Part shown: in pieces, positions 7,759 through 17,848 of the stretch
How positions within the stretch are numbered: position 1 is the stretch's first letter
Layout: the number at the start of each line of letters is the position of its first letter
Assembly: GCA_039588295.1 (NCBI GenBank)
Contig: JBDHAB010000024.1
Span: 410 to 42,893 of the forward strand
Source: Gemmatimonadota bacterium
GTDB lineage: Bacteria > Gemmatimonadota > Gemmatimonadetes > Gemmatimonadales > GWC2-71-9
Direction of reading: 5' to 3'
DNA length: 42,484 bases
Position numbers and translations under genes: made by a program
Notes under the pieces: generated by a model
Seen by the model: the letters and a program-made list of their open reading frames with translations, nothing else
Databases searched by the model: none
Told to the model about the DNA's origin: nothing

Positions 7759-8610
7759 ATGGAATTCACCGCCATCCTCGGCTCGGTCGCGATCTTGGGC
7801 GGCGTGGGATTCACGTTCGCCGGGCTGATCGCGCTGACGCATCGGAAGTTCAAGGTGTGGGAGGACCCGCGCATCGCGGGAGTCACCGACCTGCTTCCGG
7901 GCACCAACTGTGGTGCGTGCGGGCTCGCGGGATGCCACGCCTTCGCCGAGGCGCTGGTAGGAGGTGCCATACAGCCCGCCACGTGCACCGTGATGGGGGC
8001 CGACGATGTGGTCGACGTAGCCGACTACTTGGGTGTCGAGGCCGGCGAGGCCACCAAGCGGGTGGCACGGCTCCTGTGCGCAGGCGGCACCAACGTCGCG
8101 GTGCAGCAGGCCGACTACCTGGGCCTCGAGACCTGTAAGGCGGCCGCGGCGGTCGCGGGTGGCGGCAAGGGCTGCACGTGGGGGTGTCTGAGCCTCGCCG
8201 ACTGCGAGGTCGTCTGCGACTTCGACGCGATCTACATGAACCAGTACGGGCTTCCCGTCGTGATCCCCGACAAGTGCACGGCATGCGGGGACTGTGTGGA
8301 CGCCTGCCCGAAGGATCTGTTCACGCTCATGCCTCTCGACCAGAAGCTCCTGGTGCAGTGCAAGAGCGCGCTCGAGGGAGACGAGATCGAAGCGATGTGC
8401 AGGGTTGCCTGCACGGCCTGCGAACGGTGCGTGGCCGATGCGGCACCCGGTCTCATCGAGATCAGGGACGGGTTGGCGGTGGTGGATTACAGCAAGAATG
8501 ACTTGGCGAGTCCGGCGGCCATCGAACGATGCCCGACCGGCGCGATTGTCTGGGTTAACGGTGCGCAGTTCGCCGAGACCCGCAAGCCCCAGGAGAAAGC
8601 GGTCGCATGA
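7759..8610 (+). CDS. rnfB: Rnf complex subunit B (polyferredoxin type)
   Basis: N-terminal TM helix, LPGTNCGACGLAGC, GCLSLADCEVVC and CTACGDCVDACP. Confidence 0.93.
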   Translation: MEFTAILGSVAILGGVGFTFAGLIALTHRKFKVWEDPRIAGVTDLLPGTNCGACGLAGCHAFAEALVGGAIQPATCTVMGADDVVDVADYLGVEAGEATKRVARLLCAGGTNVAVQQADYLGLETCKAAAAVAGGGKGCTWGCLSLADCEVVCDFDAIYMNQYGLPVVIPDKCTACGDCVDACPKDLFTLMPLDQKLLVQCKSALEGDEIEAMCRVACTACERCVADAAPGLIEIRDGLAVVDYSKNDLASPAAIERCPTGAIVWVNGAQFAETRKPQEKAVA

Positions 8611-11600
8611 TGTTCAAGCGCAAAGAACACACACCTCCCGAGCCCAAGTATCCGGGTACCCCGACAGCCGACGACGGCACGGGCGCGGTCGTCCAGATGG
8701 AAACGGATGCGAGTGAGGGCGCCGGTGCCTACCCGATCACTCCGTCGACCCAGATGGGCGAGGGGTGGGCCGCCGCGGTCGCGGCGGGCAAGACCAATGT
8801 AAACGGCCGCCGGCTGCTGTTCTTCGAGCCCGAGGGAGAGCACGCCGCAGCGGCCGTAACGGCCGGGATGAGCATGGTCGGCCTCCGCGCGACCAACTTC
8901 TCCAGCGGTCAGGGCATTGCGTACATGCACGAGTCGTTGTACGCCGCAGCCGGTAAGCGGCTCACCTACGTGCTCAACATCGGCGCACGGGCCATGACCA
9001 AGCATGCGCTCAACGTGCATGCAGGGCATGACGACTACCACGCGGTCGACGACACTGGGTTCTTCCAGCTGTTCGCTAAGGACGCCCAAGAATCGGCCGA
9101 TCTCAATCTGATCGCGCACCGCGTGGCCGAACTCTCGCTCAACCCGGGCATTCTGGCACAGGACGGCTTTCTGACCACGCACGTCCTTGAGTCCTTCCGC
9201 ATGCCCGAGCGGGAGCTGGTCAAGGAGTTCCTCGGCGATCCGTCGGATATCATCGAGTCGCCGACGCCGGCACAGCGGTGGGTCTTCGGTGAAAAGCGGC
9301 GGCGTATTCCGGAGATGTTCGACCTGGATTATCCAGCCATGCTGGGCGTGGTACAGAACCAGGACAGCTATCAGCAGGGTGTCGCCGCACAGCGGCCGTT
9401 CTACTTCGACCATGTGGTCGACTTCACCGATCAGGCGATGGCCGAGTTTGCGGCCCTCACGGGGCGGCACTACGGCCGCGCCACCGGCTATCGGCTCGAC
9501 GATGCCGAGTGGGTACTCGCCGGTCAGGGGTCACTGGTCTCGAACGCGGAAGCGGTGTGCGACTACCTGCGTGAGACTCGCGGCCTCAAGGTTGGCGTCC
9601 TGAACATCACGATGTTCCGGCCCTTCCCCGCCGACGTGATCACCCATCTCGTCAAGGGAAAGCAGGCCGTCACCGTGCTCGAACGCGTGGACCAGCCGCT
9701 GGCGGTTGACCAGCCGCTCCTGCGTGAGATTCGCGCGTCGATGAGCAAGGCGCTCGAGAACGGGCGGGCCAAGGGCACGCCACCGCATGCCGGGGTCGCG
9801 GCCTGCCAGGCGCACGATGTACCGGAGTTCTATTCCGGGACGTATGGACTCGGGAGCCGCGATCTGCAACCGGGCGACCTGATTGCCGCCGTCGACAACA
9901 TGATCGAGGGCGGAACGCAGCGGCGCCAGTTCTACCTCGGCATCGATTTCGTGCGTGAGGGAACCAAGCTGCCAAAGCTTCAGATTTGGCAGGAGGAGCT
10001 GCTCGAGGCGTATCCGAACGTCAAGCATCTGTCGCTCCTCCCGTCCGAGGACGTGGACCTCATGCCGCCGGGCTCCATCTCGATCCGCATCCATTCGGTG
10101 GGTGGTTGGGGCGCCATCACCATGGGGAAGAACCTGGCGATGACGGCCTCCGAGTTGCTCGGCTTGAATATCAAGGCCAACCCCAAATACGGCTCGGAAA
10201 AGAAGGGTCAGCCCACGACGTTCTATGCGACTCTCGCGAAAGCGCCCATCCGGCTGAACTGCGAGCTCAAGCACGTGAACGTCGTGCTGTCACCAGACCC
10301 CAACGTGTTCCGTCACTCGAACCCGCTTGCGGGCCTCGAAGAGAACGGCGTGTTCGTGATACAGAACGACGGAACCCCCGAGGAACTGTGGAACAGTCTG
10401 CCGGCCGATGCGCAGCAGGCCGTCAAGGAGCGCAAGCTCCACGTCCACTGTCTCAACGCGTTCAAGATCGCCATGGAAGAGGCCAGCGATCCGGAGCTGC
10501 GCTACCGCATGCAGGGCGCAGCCTTCATGGGAGCGTTCTTCAAGGTCTCTCCGCTGATGGAGCGCGAAGGACTCACTGAAGAGACCCTGTTCGAGGGTAT
10601 CCGCAAACAGTTGCAGAAGAAGTTCGGGCATCTGGGCGAGCGCGTGGTGGAGGACAACCTTCGAGTGATCCGTCGCGGCTTCGATGAAGTCCTGACCGTG
10701 GACCACGAGGCCCTCGAGGTGAATCAGGACGCCGTGGCGATCCCACCCGAGATGCCCGCGATCCTCGACGGTTCGGAAGTTCGACCCGGTATCGGCAACC
10801 CCGGACGGTTCTGGGAGCAGGTGTGCTACCTCTACAAGACCGGTGACGACGGCATTGCCGATCCATTCGCCGCGTTGAGCGCGATCCCGGCGGCCACCAG
10901 CACGATTCGCGACATGACGGACGTGCGGTTCGAGGTCCCGGAGTTCATCGCGTCCAAGTGCACGGGCTGCGGCCAGTGCTGGATCCAGTGCCCGGACGCG
11001 GCCATCCCCGGCTTGGTGAGCGAAGTCGAAGACGTGATCAACGCCGGCATCAAGACCGTCTCGAACGGTCGGTCGTACGACCGGCTCGGACAGATCGTCA
11101 AGCACCTGGGCAACGAGTCCCGCAAAATCATGCGGGGTGTGCCGTTCAACGACTTCGCGTCCGTGCTATCTCAAGCATACAAGACGGTGGTCGACAAGCT
11201 GAAGCTCGATCCCGAGCGTCGCGCCGCGATGGACGAGGAGTTTGGGCCCGTGTACGCGGCGATCTCCGAGTTTCCACTCGCCAAAACGGGGCCGTTCTTC
11301 GACCTCCCCGAGACCGCGGAGAAGAACACGGGCGGGCTACTCTCAGTCACCATCAGCCCCGACGCGTGCAAGGGCTGCAACATCTGCGTGCAGGTCTGCC
11401 CCGACGAGGCGCTGATCACCATTCCGCAGACCGACGACGTCGTCGACAAGCTGCGCCGCAATTGGAAGCTGTGGGAGCACCTTCCCGACACGGACGATCG
11501 CTACATCAACGTGTCCGATATCGAGGAAGGGATCGGCGTGCTTCAGTCGCTGCTCCTCAAGAAGGACACGTACCGCTCCATGGCGGGCGGAGACGGCGCC

Positions 11601-13592
11601 TGCATGGGTTGTGGCGAGAAGACCGATGTGCACCTCGTCATGTCGGCGGTCAATGCGCTGATGATTCCGCGCGCCGAGCGATACGTCACCAAGCTCGATG
11701 GATTGATTACGGCGCTCGACGAGAAGGCAAGGAAGATCCTGTCATCCGATGCCGACCTGCACGAGCTAGGGGTCGGCGAGGGTAAGACCGACATCACGCT
11801 CGACGAAACGAAGAAGCCGGCCGTCGCGCGTATCACCAAGACGATCGACGAGCTCAAGGATCTACGGTGGCGCTACACTCAAGGCCCCACGGGCAAAGGG
11901 CGTTCGACGATGGGTATGGCGAACGCGACGGGCTGCTCGTCGGTGTGGGGCAGCACGTATCCGTACAACCCCTATCCGTTCCCGTGGGTCAACCATCTGT
12001 TTCAGGACGCTCCGTCCATCGCGATCGGCATTTTCGAAGGTCACATGCGCAAGATGGCCGACGGCTTCGTCGCCGTGCGACGCGCCGAGTTGGACGTGGC
12101 CGGTGAATACGATGCCGACGTGCACGAGCCGTTCTTCGTCCAATTCAACTGGCATCAGTTCACCGACGAAGAGTTCGCGATGTGCCCGCCGATCTTCGCG
12201 ACGGGCGGCGACGGCGCGATGCTGGACATCGGCTTTCAGAACCTCTCGCGACTCCTGGCGAGCGGGAAACCGATCCGCGTCATGGTGCTCGACACACAGG
12301 TGTACTCCAACACCGGCGGTCAGGCCTGCACCAGCGGCTTCATCGGTCAGGTGAGCGACATGGCGGCGTACGGCAAGGCGCAGCACGGTAAGGAGGAAAC
12401 CCGAAAGGAGTTGGCGCTGGTCACCATCGCGCACCGAAACGTGTTCGTGCTGCAGGCCTCACAGGCCAACCCATCACATCTCCTGGGCGGCGTGCTCAAG
12501 GGATTGCAGTCCCGCTTTCCAACGGTGCTGGCGTTGCACTGCCCCTGCCCGCCCGAACACGGACTCGGCGATGACCAGCCACCCGATGCGGCAAAGCTCT
12601 CGCTCGAGAGCCGCGCGTACCCGGTCCTGGTCTACGATCCGGCAGAGGGCGAGAAGATGTCGGAACGGTTGAGCCTGGACGGCAATCCGTCTATGGACGA
12701 CACCTGGCCTGAGTACGACCTCACGTATCTCGATGACGATAGCCAGGAACACACGATGACGTTGCCGGTCACAATTGCCGATTGGGCGGCGACGGAAGCA
12801 CGGTTCAAGAAACACTTCAAGCGTATCAAGGGGGACGGGGACGAGCTCATACCGTTCCATGAGTTCCTCGAGCTGCCGCTGGAAGACCGTGCGGAGAGAC
12901 AGCCGTTCATCTACGCGCTCGAGCGCGACCGCACGCTCGGACGGTTGTCGGTCTCGCCGGAGATGGTGCAGCTTGCCGAGGACCGGCTGGCGGTGTGGAG
13001 CCTGCTCAAGGAGATGGCTGGGCTCGACGAGGAGGTATCCGCCGAGGCCGAGGCAGGATTCGCGCAGGAGGCGGAATCCCTCAAAGCCGAGTACGAGGCG
13101 AAGTTGACCGATCTCAAGGCGCGCTACCCACAGATCATCGCGCGACGACTCGCCGAGGGGCTCGTACGTGCCGGCAACGGTCAGCGCACGATCGCCGATC
13201 TGCTCTCGGAGGTGCAAACGATGTCGGGGCTCGCGCCGATTCAGTTCGACGCGGGCGGCTCCGCCGCTCCGGCGGCGGGAGGTACGGCAACCGCCGTGGC
13301 CACGGCACCTGCGCCAGCGGTCGTGGAGGAGGAAGAAGGGCTAGCGATGGAGCCGTACATCGACTCGGCGCGATGTACGACCTGTAACGAGTGCACGAAC
13401 ATCAACAACAAGCTATTCGCGTACGACGACAAGAAGAAGGCATTCATCAAAGATCCCAAAGCCGGAACCTTCAAGCAGCTCGTGACGGCTGCCGAGCGCT
13501 GCCCCGTGCGGATCATCCACCCGGGCACGCCGCTCAATTCGAAGGAGAAGGGCCTCGACAAGCTGGTGAAGCGGGCGGAGCCCTTCAACTAG
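8607..13592 (+). CDS. Giant (1661 aa) single-chain pyruvate:ferredoxin oxidoreductase-like protein with C-terminal fused ferredoxin
   Basis: YPITPS, EGEH, YGLGSRD, YGSEKKG, two CxxCxxCxxxCP motifs, GACMGCGE, GCSSVWG, GGDGAM, VYSNTGGQ and terminal CTTCNEC...CP. Confidence 0.93.
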   Translation: MMFKRKEHTPPEPKYPGTPTADDGTGAVVQMETDASEGAGAYPITPSTQMGEGWAAAVAAGKTNVNGRRLLFFEPEGEHAAAAVTAGMSMVGLRATNFSSGQGIAYMHESLYAAAGKRLTYVLNIGARAMTKHALNVHAGHDDYHAVDDTGFFQLFAKDAQESADLNLIAHRVAELSLNPGILAQDGFLTTHVLESFRMPERELVKEFLGDPSDIIESPTPAQRWVFGEKRRRIPEMFDLDYPAMLGVVQNQDSYQQGVAAQRPFYFDHVVDFTDQAMAEFAALTGRHYGRATGYRLDDAEWVLAGQGSLVSNAEAVCDYLRETRGLKVGVLNITMFRPFPADVITHLVKGKQAVTVLERVDQPLAVDQPLLREIRASMSKALENGRAKGTPPHAGVAACQAHDVPEFYSGTYGLGSRDLQPGDLIAAVDNMIEGGTQRRQFYLGIDFVREGTKLPKLQIWQEELLEAYPNVKHLSLLPSEDVDLMPPGSISIRIHSVGGWGAITMGKNLAMTASELLGLNIKANPKYGSEKKGQPTTFYATLAKAPIRLNCELKHVNVVLSPDPNVFRHSNPLAGLEENGVFVIQNDGTPEELWNSLPADAQQAVKERKLHVHCLNAFKIAMEEASDPELRYRMQGAAFMGAFFKVSPLMEREGLTEETLFEGIRKQLQKKFGHLGERVVEDNLRVIRRGFDEVLTVDHEALEVNQDAVAIPPEMPAILDGSEVRPGIGNPGRFWEQVCYLYKTGDDGIADPFAALSAIPAATSTIRDMTDVRFEVPEFIASKCTGCGQCWIQCPDAAIPGLVSEVEDVINAGIKTVSNGRSYDRLGQIVKHLGNESRKIMRGVPFNDFASVLSQAYKTVVDKLKLDPERRAAMDEEFGPVYAAISEFPLAKTGPFFDLPETAEKNTGGLLSVTISPDACKGCNICVQVCPDEALITIPQTDDVVDKLRRNWKLWEHLPDTDDRYINVSDIEEGIGVLQSLLLKKDTYRSMAGGDGACMGCGEKTDVHLVMSAVNALMIPRAERYVTKLDGLITALDEKARKILSSDADLHELGVGEGKTDITLDETKKPAVARITKTIDELKDLRWRYTQGPTGKGRSTMGMANATGCSSVWGSTYPYNPYPFPWVNHLFQDAPSIAIGIFEGHMRKMADGFVAVRRAELDVAGEYDADVHEPFFVQFNWHQFTDEEFAMCPPIFATGGDGAMLDIGFQNLSRLLASGKPIRVMVLDTQVYSNTGGQACTSGFIGQVSDMAAYGKAQHGKEETRKELALVTIAHRNVFVLQASQANPSHLLGGVLKGLQSRFPTVLALHCPCPPEHGLGDDQPPDAAKLSLESRAYPVLVYDPAEGEKMSERLSLDGNPSMDDTWPEYDLTYLDDDSQEHTMTLPVTIADWAATEARFKKHFKRIKGDGDELIPFHEFLELPLEDRAERQPFIYALERDRTLGRLSVSPEMVQLAEDRLAVWSLLKEMAGLDEEVSAEAEAGFAQEAESLKAEYEAKLTDLKARYPQIIARRLAEGLVRAGNGQRTIADLLSEVQTMSGLAPIQFDAGGSAAPAAGGTATAVATAPAPAVVEEEEGLAMEPYIDSARCTTCNECTNINNKLFAYDDKKKAFIKDPKAGTFKQLVTAAERCPVRIIHPGTPLNSKEKGLDKLVKRAEPFN

Positions 13593-13598
13593 GGACCG

Positions 13599-14927
13599 AT
13601 GCCTCGCCGCATGAGGTTCCGCCACGGGGTGCACCCCCCTGAGCTCAAGGAACTGACTCAGGGGGTAGCGATTCGTCGCATGCCATTCCCCGATGAGGTC
13701 GTGCTGCCGCTCAGTCAACATACGGGGAAACCGGCCAAGCCCATCGTGCGGGCGGGCGACCGTGTGGAACGTGGTGACCTGATCGGTGAGGCCGATGGGT
13801 TCATCTCGTCACCGATCCACGCATCGGCATCTGGAACAGTCACCGGCATCGATCTCTGGCCGCATCCTACCGGGAGCTACCAGCCGGCCATCCGCATCGA
13901 CGTAGAGCCCTACTCCGCGCAGGTACCCCGTAAACGGATCATTCCCGACTGGCAGCACTTGAGCCGTGACGAGCTGGTGGAGGCTGTGCGCCACGCGGGC
14001 GTTGTTGGTTTGGGCGGCGCGGCGTTCCCGACGCACGTAAAGCTCGTCCCACCGAAGGATGTCGAGATCGACACCATTGTGATCAACGGGTGCGAGTGTG
14101 AGCCCTACCTCACCACGGACCATCGCACGATGGTGGAGTATCCCGAGCGGGTCCAACTCGGGATCCGGTTGATGATGCGGTGCCTTGGTGTCGATCGCGC
14201 GATGATCGGGATCGAGAAGAACAAGCCGGATGCAATCGAAGCCCTCCGAGCCACACTGCCGACGGACCTCGACGTCACGCTTCACCCGCTGACCGTGAAG
14301 TATCCGCAGGGCGCGGAGAAGATGCTCATCAAGGCGCTCCTCGGTCGCGAAGTGCCGTCCGGCAAGCTGCCGCTGAACGTCGGGGTGGTGGTGCACAACG
14401 TCGCATCGGTCGCCACGATCGCCGAAGTGTTCGAGACCGGTCTTCCCCTCATCGAGCGCATCGTCACGGTCACCGGGCGCGGAATCCGGCGGCCCTCCAA
14501 CTTGATCGTTCCCGTCGGTACGAAAGTGGGCGACTTGATCGAGGCCTGTGAAGGCGTGACCGACGACGCCCGCGAAATCGTATTCGGCGGTCCGATGATG
14601 GGCGCAGCCGTTGGCGGCCTCGAGATCCCCGTGATGAAGGGTACCACCGGTGTCATCGTCCTGACCGAGGCCGAAGTGAAGCCACAGAAGTCGTACCCGT
14701 GCATCCGCTGCGGCCACTGCCTCGACGCGTGTCCCGTGTTCCTCAACCCGCAGGCGCTCGGCCAACTCGCGTTGGCGGACCGATACGACGAGATGGCAAC
14801 GGACTTTCACCTCATGGATTGCATGCTCTGTGGGTGCTGTGGGTACACCTGCCCGTCGAACATCCCGCTCACGCAGCTGTTCGCGATGGCCAAGAACCAC
14901 CTGAAGAAGCATCCGGTGGCAGCGTGA
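13599..14927 (+). CDS. rnfC: Rnf complex subunit C
   Basis: GVHP, GVVGLGGAAFPTHVK, NGCECEPYLT, GGPMMG, CIRCGHCLDACP and CMLCGCCGYTCP. Confidence 0.96.
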   Translation: MPRRMRFRHGVHPPELKELTQGVAIRRMPFPDEVVLPLSQHTGKPAKPIVRAGDRVERGDLIGEADGFISSPIHASASGTVTGIDLWPHPTGSYQPAIRIDVEPYSAQVPRKRIIPDWQHLSRDELVEAVRHAGVVGLGGAAFPTHVKLVPPKDVEIDTIVINGCECEPYLTTDHRTMVEYPERVQLGIRLMMRCLGVDRAMIGIEKNKPDAIEALRATLPTDLDVTLHPLTVKYPQGAEKMLIKALLGREVPSGKLPLNVGVVVHNVASVATIAEVFETGLPLIERIVTVTGRGIRRPSNLIVPVGTKVGDLIEACEGVTDDAREIVFGGPMMGAAVGGLEIPVMKGTTGVIVLTEAEVKPQKSYPCIRCGHCLDACPVFLNPQALGQLALADRYDEMATDFHLMDCMLCGCCGYTCPSNIPLTQLFAMAKNHLKKHPVAA

Positions 14928-15940
14928 CCGGTTCGCGCCTGTTGATCACGGCCTGGCCGCATCTCGCGGAGAAGGACACGACTCCGCAGATCATGTGGAC
15001 CGTCAACGCGACCCTGCTGCCGATCGTCGTCGTGGCCACGTACTACTTCGGACCGAGTGCGCTCTTGGTCATTGGGGCGAGCCTGGCGGGATGCCTTGCC
15101 ACCGAATGGGCGTTCGGCAAGCACGGCGCGCTGACCGACGGCTCCGCGGTGATCACGGGACTCCTCCTCGGACTCACGCTCCCGGCGGGGCTCCCGATGT
15201 GGATGGCGTTCGTCGGCGGCGTGTTCGCGATCGGGTTCGGCAAGCTCATTTTCGGCGGGCTGGGACAGAACGTGTTCAACCCCGCCTTGCTCGGCCGAGC
15301 GTTCCTGCAGGCGTCGTTTCCGGTGGCACTGACGACGTGGCCCGTGATTCGGGAAAGCTGGTGGCAGCTCCGCGGTGACAATCTCGCGTTGCCACTGATG
15401 AGCGCGCGGGAAGTGGACGTCATGACCACCGCCACGCCGCTGGGGCTCCAGAAGTTCGAGCAGACCACGACGGACCTGTGGCAGCTGATGGTCGGGGCCA
15501 CCGAGGGATCGCTCGGTGAGACGGCGGGCATTGTCATCCTGCTCTGCGGCGCCTATCTCGCATGGCGCAAGTACCTCAACTGGCGCATCCCGATCTCGAT
15601 CTTCCTGACGGTCGCCGTGATCGCGGGTGGACTCCACCTGTTGGACCCCGTGCGCTACCCGGACTCGCTGTTCATGCTGTTCTCGGGCGGTCTGATGCTC
15701 GGCGCCGTCTACATGGCGACGGACATGGTGACCTCACCCGTCACGAACCGGGGATCGTGGGTGTACGGCTTCGGGATCGGGGCCCTCGTCGTCATCATCC
15801 GACTGTGGGGCGGGCTCGCCGAAGGCGTGATGTACGCGATTCTCCTCATGAATGCGCTGGTGCCGTTCATCAATCGGGCAACCCAGCCCACGGTCTTCGG
15901 CACGCAGCCGGTCAAGGCGCACGCCGGGGAGGGCGCGTGA
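14924..15940 (+). CDS. rnfD: Rnf complex subunit D
   Basis: GTG start overlaps the rnfC stop. FGGLGQNVFNPA, FMN site TTATPL, GSLGET and MATDMVTSP. Confidence 0.95.
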   Translation: MTGSRLLITAWPHLAEKDTTPQIMWTVNATLLPIVVVATYYFGPSALLVIGASLAGCLATEWAFGKHGALTDGSAVITGLLLGLTLPAGLPMWMAFVGGVFAIGFGKLIFGGLGQNVFNPALLGRAFLQASFPVALTTWPVIRESWWQLRGDNLALPLMSAREVDVMTTATPLGLQKFEQTTTDLWQLMVGATEGSLGETAGIVILLCGAYLAWRKYLNWRIPISIFLTVAVIAGGLHLLDPVRYPDSLFMLFSGGLMLGAVYMATDMVTSPVTNRGSWVYGFGIGALVVIIRLWGGLAEGVMYAILLMNALVPFINRATQPTVFGTQPVKAHAGEGA

Positions 15941-16608
15941 GCGGGCCGGTGCAGCTCGAAGTCCGCCGGGAGGTGCCGGCGTGGCGACTGCTGGTCACGC
16001 TGGGCCTGGGGGGGGCGCTGGCCGGGTTCGTCCTCGTGTTCGTCTTTCAGGCCACCGCACCGACGATCGAGCGCAACAAGGCCGAGCGCCTGGCAGCGGC
16101 AGTGCAAGAGGTGCTGAAGGCACCCCATCACTATGACACGCTCTACGTGCTCGACGATCAGCTCGCCAGCCAGCCACCGGAAGGAACCGACCCCAAGCGC
16201 CTGGAGCAGATTTACCGGGGCTACCGCGAGGATGGCACGCCAATCGGCTTTGCGATCGCCTCCGCGGAAGCGGGGTTTCAAGACATCATCCGCGTGATCT
16301 TCGGCTACGACGACGCTAATAGCTCGCTGCTTGGTATGAAGGTGCTCGAAAGCAAAGAGACCCCCGGACTGGGTGACAAGATCGAAAAGGACACGAGCTT
16401 CGTCTATCAGTTCGATGGCGTGCGGGCCCCGCTCGCGGGGGTCAAGGCCCGCCAGGCAACCGGCGATCCGCACGAGATTGACATGATCACGGGAGCGACG
16501 ATCTCGTCGCGGACCGTTATCAAGATCATCAACAACGCCCTCACGCGGCTGGGCCCCATGCTGGAGGCGCACACCGCCACCGTGGTTGCCCAGGAGGCCG
16601 GACGATGA
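15937..16608 (+). CDS. rnfG: Rnf complex subunit G
   Basis: GTG start overlaps the rnfD stop. N-terminal TM, ETPGLG and FMN site ITGATISS. Confidence 0.94.
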   Translation: MSGPVQLEVRREVPAWRLLVTLGLGGALAGFVLVFVFQATAPTIERNKAERLAAAVQEVLKAPHHYDTLYVLDDQLASQPPEGTDPKRLEQIYRGYREDGTPIGFAIASAEAGFQDIIRVIFGYDDANSSLLGMKVLESKETPGLGDKIEKDTSFVYQFDGVRAPLAGVKARQATGDPHEIDMITGATISSRTVIKIINNALTRLGPMLEAHTATVVAQEAGR

Positions 16609-17270
16609 GCCCCAGGGTGACCACGGCGCAGCACGATTTCTTCCGCGGTATTTGGAAGGAGAACCCGGTCCTGATCCAGATGTTGGGACTGTGCCCCGCC
16701 CTCGCGGTCACCAATACGGTGGAGAACGCGCTCGTGATGGGAATCGCGACGTTCTTCGTTCTGACGGGCTCCAGCCTCTTGGTCTCGCTGGTCAAGAAGC
16801 TCATCCCCAATGAAGTGCGGATCTCGACCTACATCCTGATCATCGCAACGTTCGTGACCGTGGCCGATATGACGCTCGAGGCGCTCGTCCCCGACATTCA
16901 CAAAGCCCTGGGCGCGTTCGTCGCTCTCATCGTGGTCAATTGCATGATCCTGAGCCGGCAAGAAGCCTTTGCCGCAAAGCACCCCGTCGGCAGATCCTTG
17001 TTGGACGCGTTCGGGACGGGGTTCGGGTTCATCATCGCCATGCTGCTCATGGGAGCCGTGCGGGAGGTCCTCGGCAACGGAACGTTCCTCGGAATGAAGG
17101 TGATTCCCGGGCCGTTCGAGCCGTGGGTGATCTTCATTCTCCCGCCCGGTGGGTTCCTCACGCTTGGATTCTGGCTCCTCCTGTTCGGCTGGCTCGAGAA
17201 GCGACGGACCGAGCGGGCCAAGGTACGGGAGTGGCCTCACGGTGTTGCCGCCGAGCGGGAGGCAGCATGA
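16605..17270 (+). CDS. rnfE: Rnf complex subunit E
   Basis: GIWKENP...LGLCPALAV, LIVVNC, REVLGNG and PPGGF. Confidence 0.95.
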   Translation: MSPRVTTAQHDFFRGIWKENPVLIQMLGLCPALAVTNTVENALVMGIATFFVLTGSSLLVSLVKKLIPNEVRISTYILIIATFVTVADMTLEALVPDIHKALGAFVALIVVNCMILSRQEAFAAKHPVGRSLLDAFGTGFGFIIAMLLMGAVREVLGNGTFLGMKVIPGPFEPWVIFILPPGGFLTLGFWLLLFGWLEKRRTERAKVREWPHGVAAEREAA

Positions 17271-17848
17271 TGGGCGAGCTCTTCTGGATCCTGCTGTCCG
17301 CGATGGTGGTGAACAACTTCACCCTGTACTACTTCCTCGGCCTGTGTCCGTTCATGGGCGTGTCAGCTCGCGTGGCAACCGCATTGCGGTTGGGACTCGC
17401 CAACATCTTCGTGCTCACCATCACGTCGCTCTGCGCTTCGTTCCTGAACGCGTTCATCCTGCCGTACGCCCCATACCTGCGGTTGATCTCGTTCATCGTC
17501 GTCGTCGCCTCCCTGGTACAAATCGTGGAGATGGTCATCAAGAAAGTCAGCCCCGTGCTGTTCCGGCAGCTCGGCATCTACCTGCCGCTCATCACTACAA
17601 ACTGCGCGATCCTTGGCCTGGCGATCTTCCAGACCAACCGTGGATACAACTTCTTTGAAGGACTGTTCTTCGCGCTGGGTGGGGGCCTCGGGCTCACGCT
17701 CGCCTTGGTGCTCATGGCCTCGATCCGCGAGGCCACCGAGGTGGCGGACATCCCGTCGCTCGCCAAGGGCATGGCGCTCGTTCTGATCATCGCCGGCAGC
17801 CTGTCGCTCGCGTTCATGGGTTTTGCCGGACTGTTGAGCTCGGCATGA
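17267..17848 (+). CDS. rnfA: Rnf complex subunit A
   Basis: VNNF..YFLGLCPFMGVS and LGIYLPLITTNCAILG. ATG overlaps the rnfE stop. Confidence 0.95.
   Translation: MMGELFWILLSAMVVNNFTLYYFLGLCPFMGVSARVATALRLGLANIFVLTITSLCASFLNAFILPYAPYLRLISFIVVVASLVQIVEMVIKKVSPVLFRQLGIYLPLITTNCAILGLAIFQTNRGYNFFEGLFFALGGGLGLTLALVLMASIREATEVADIPSLAKGMALVLIIAGSLSLAFMGFAGLLSSA

Noticed and set aside
14699..17266. Long N-terminal extensions of rnfD, rnfG and rnfA (also selB, btuB, btuC, EIID, EIIB, tadA) in the ORF track as possible fusions
   Set aside because: They overlap the upstream genes in other frames. Starts at or next to the upstream stop give normal-length proteins.
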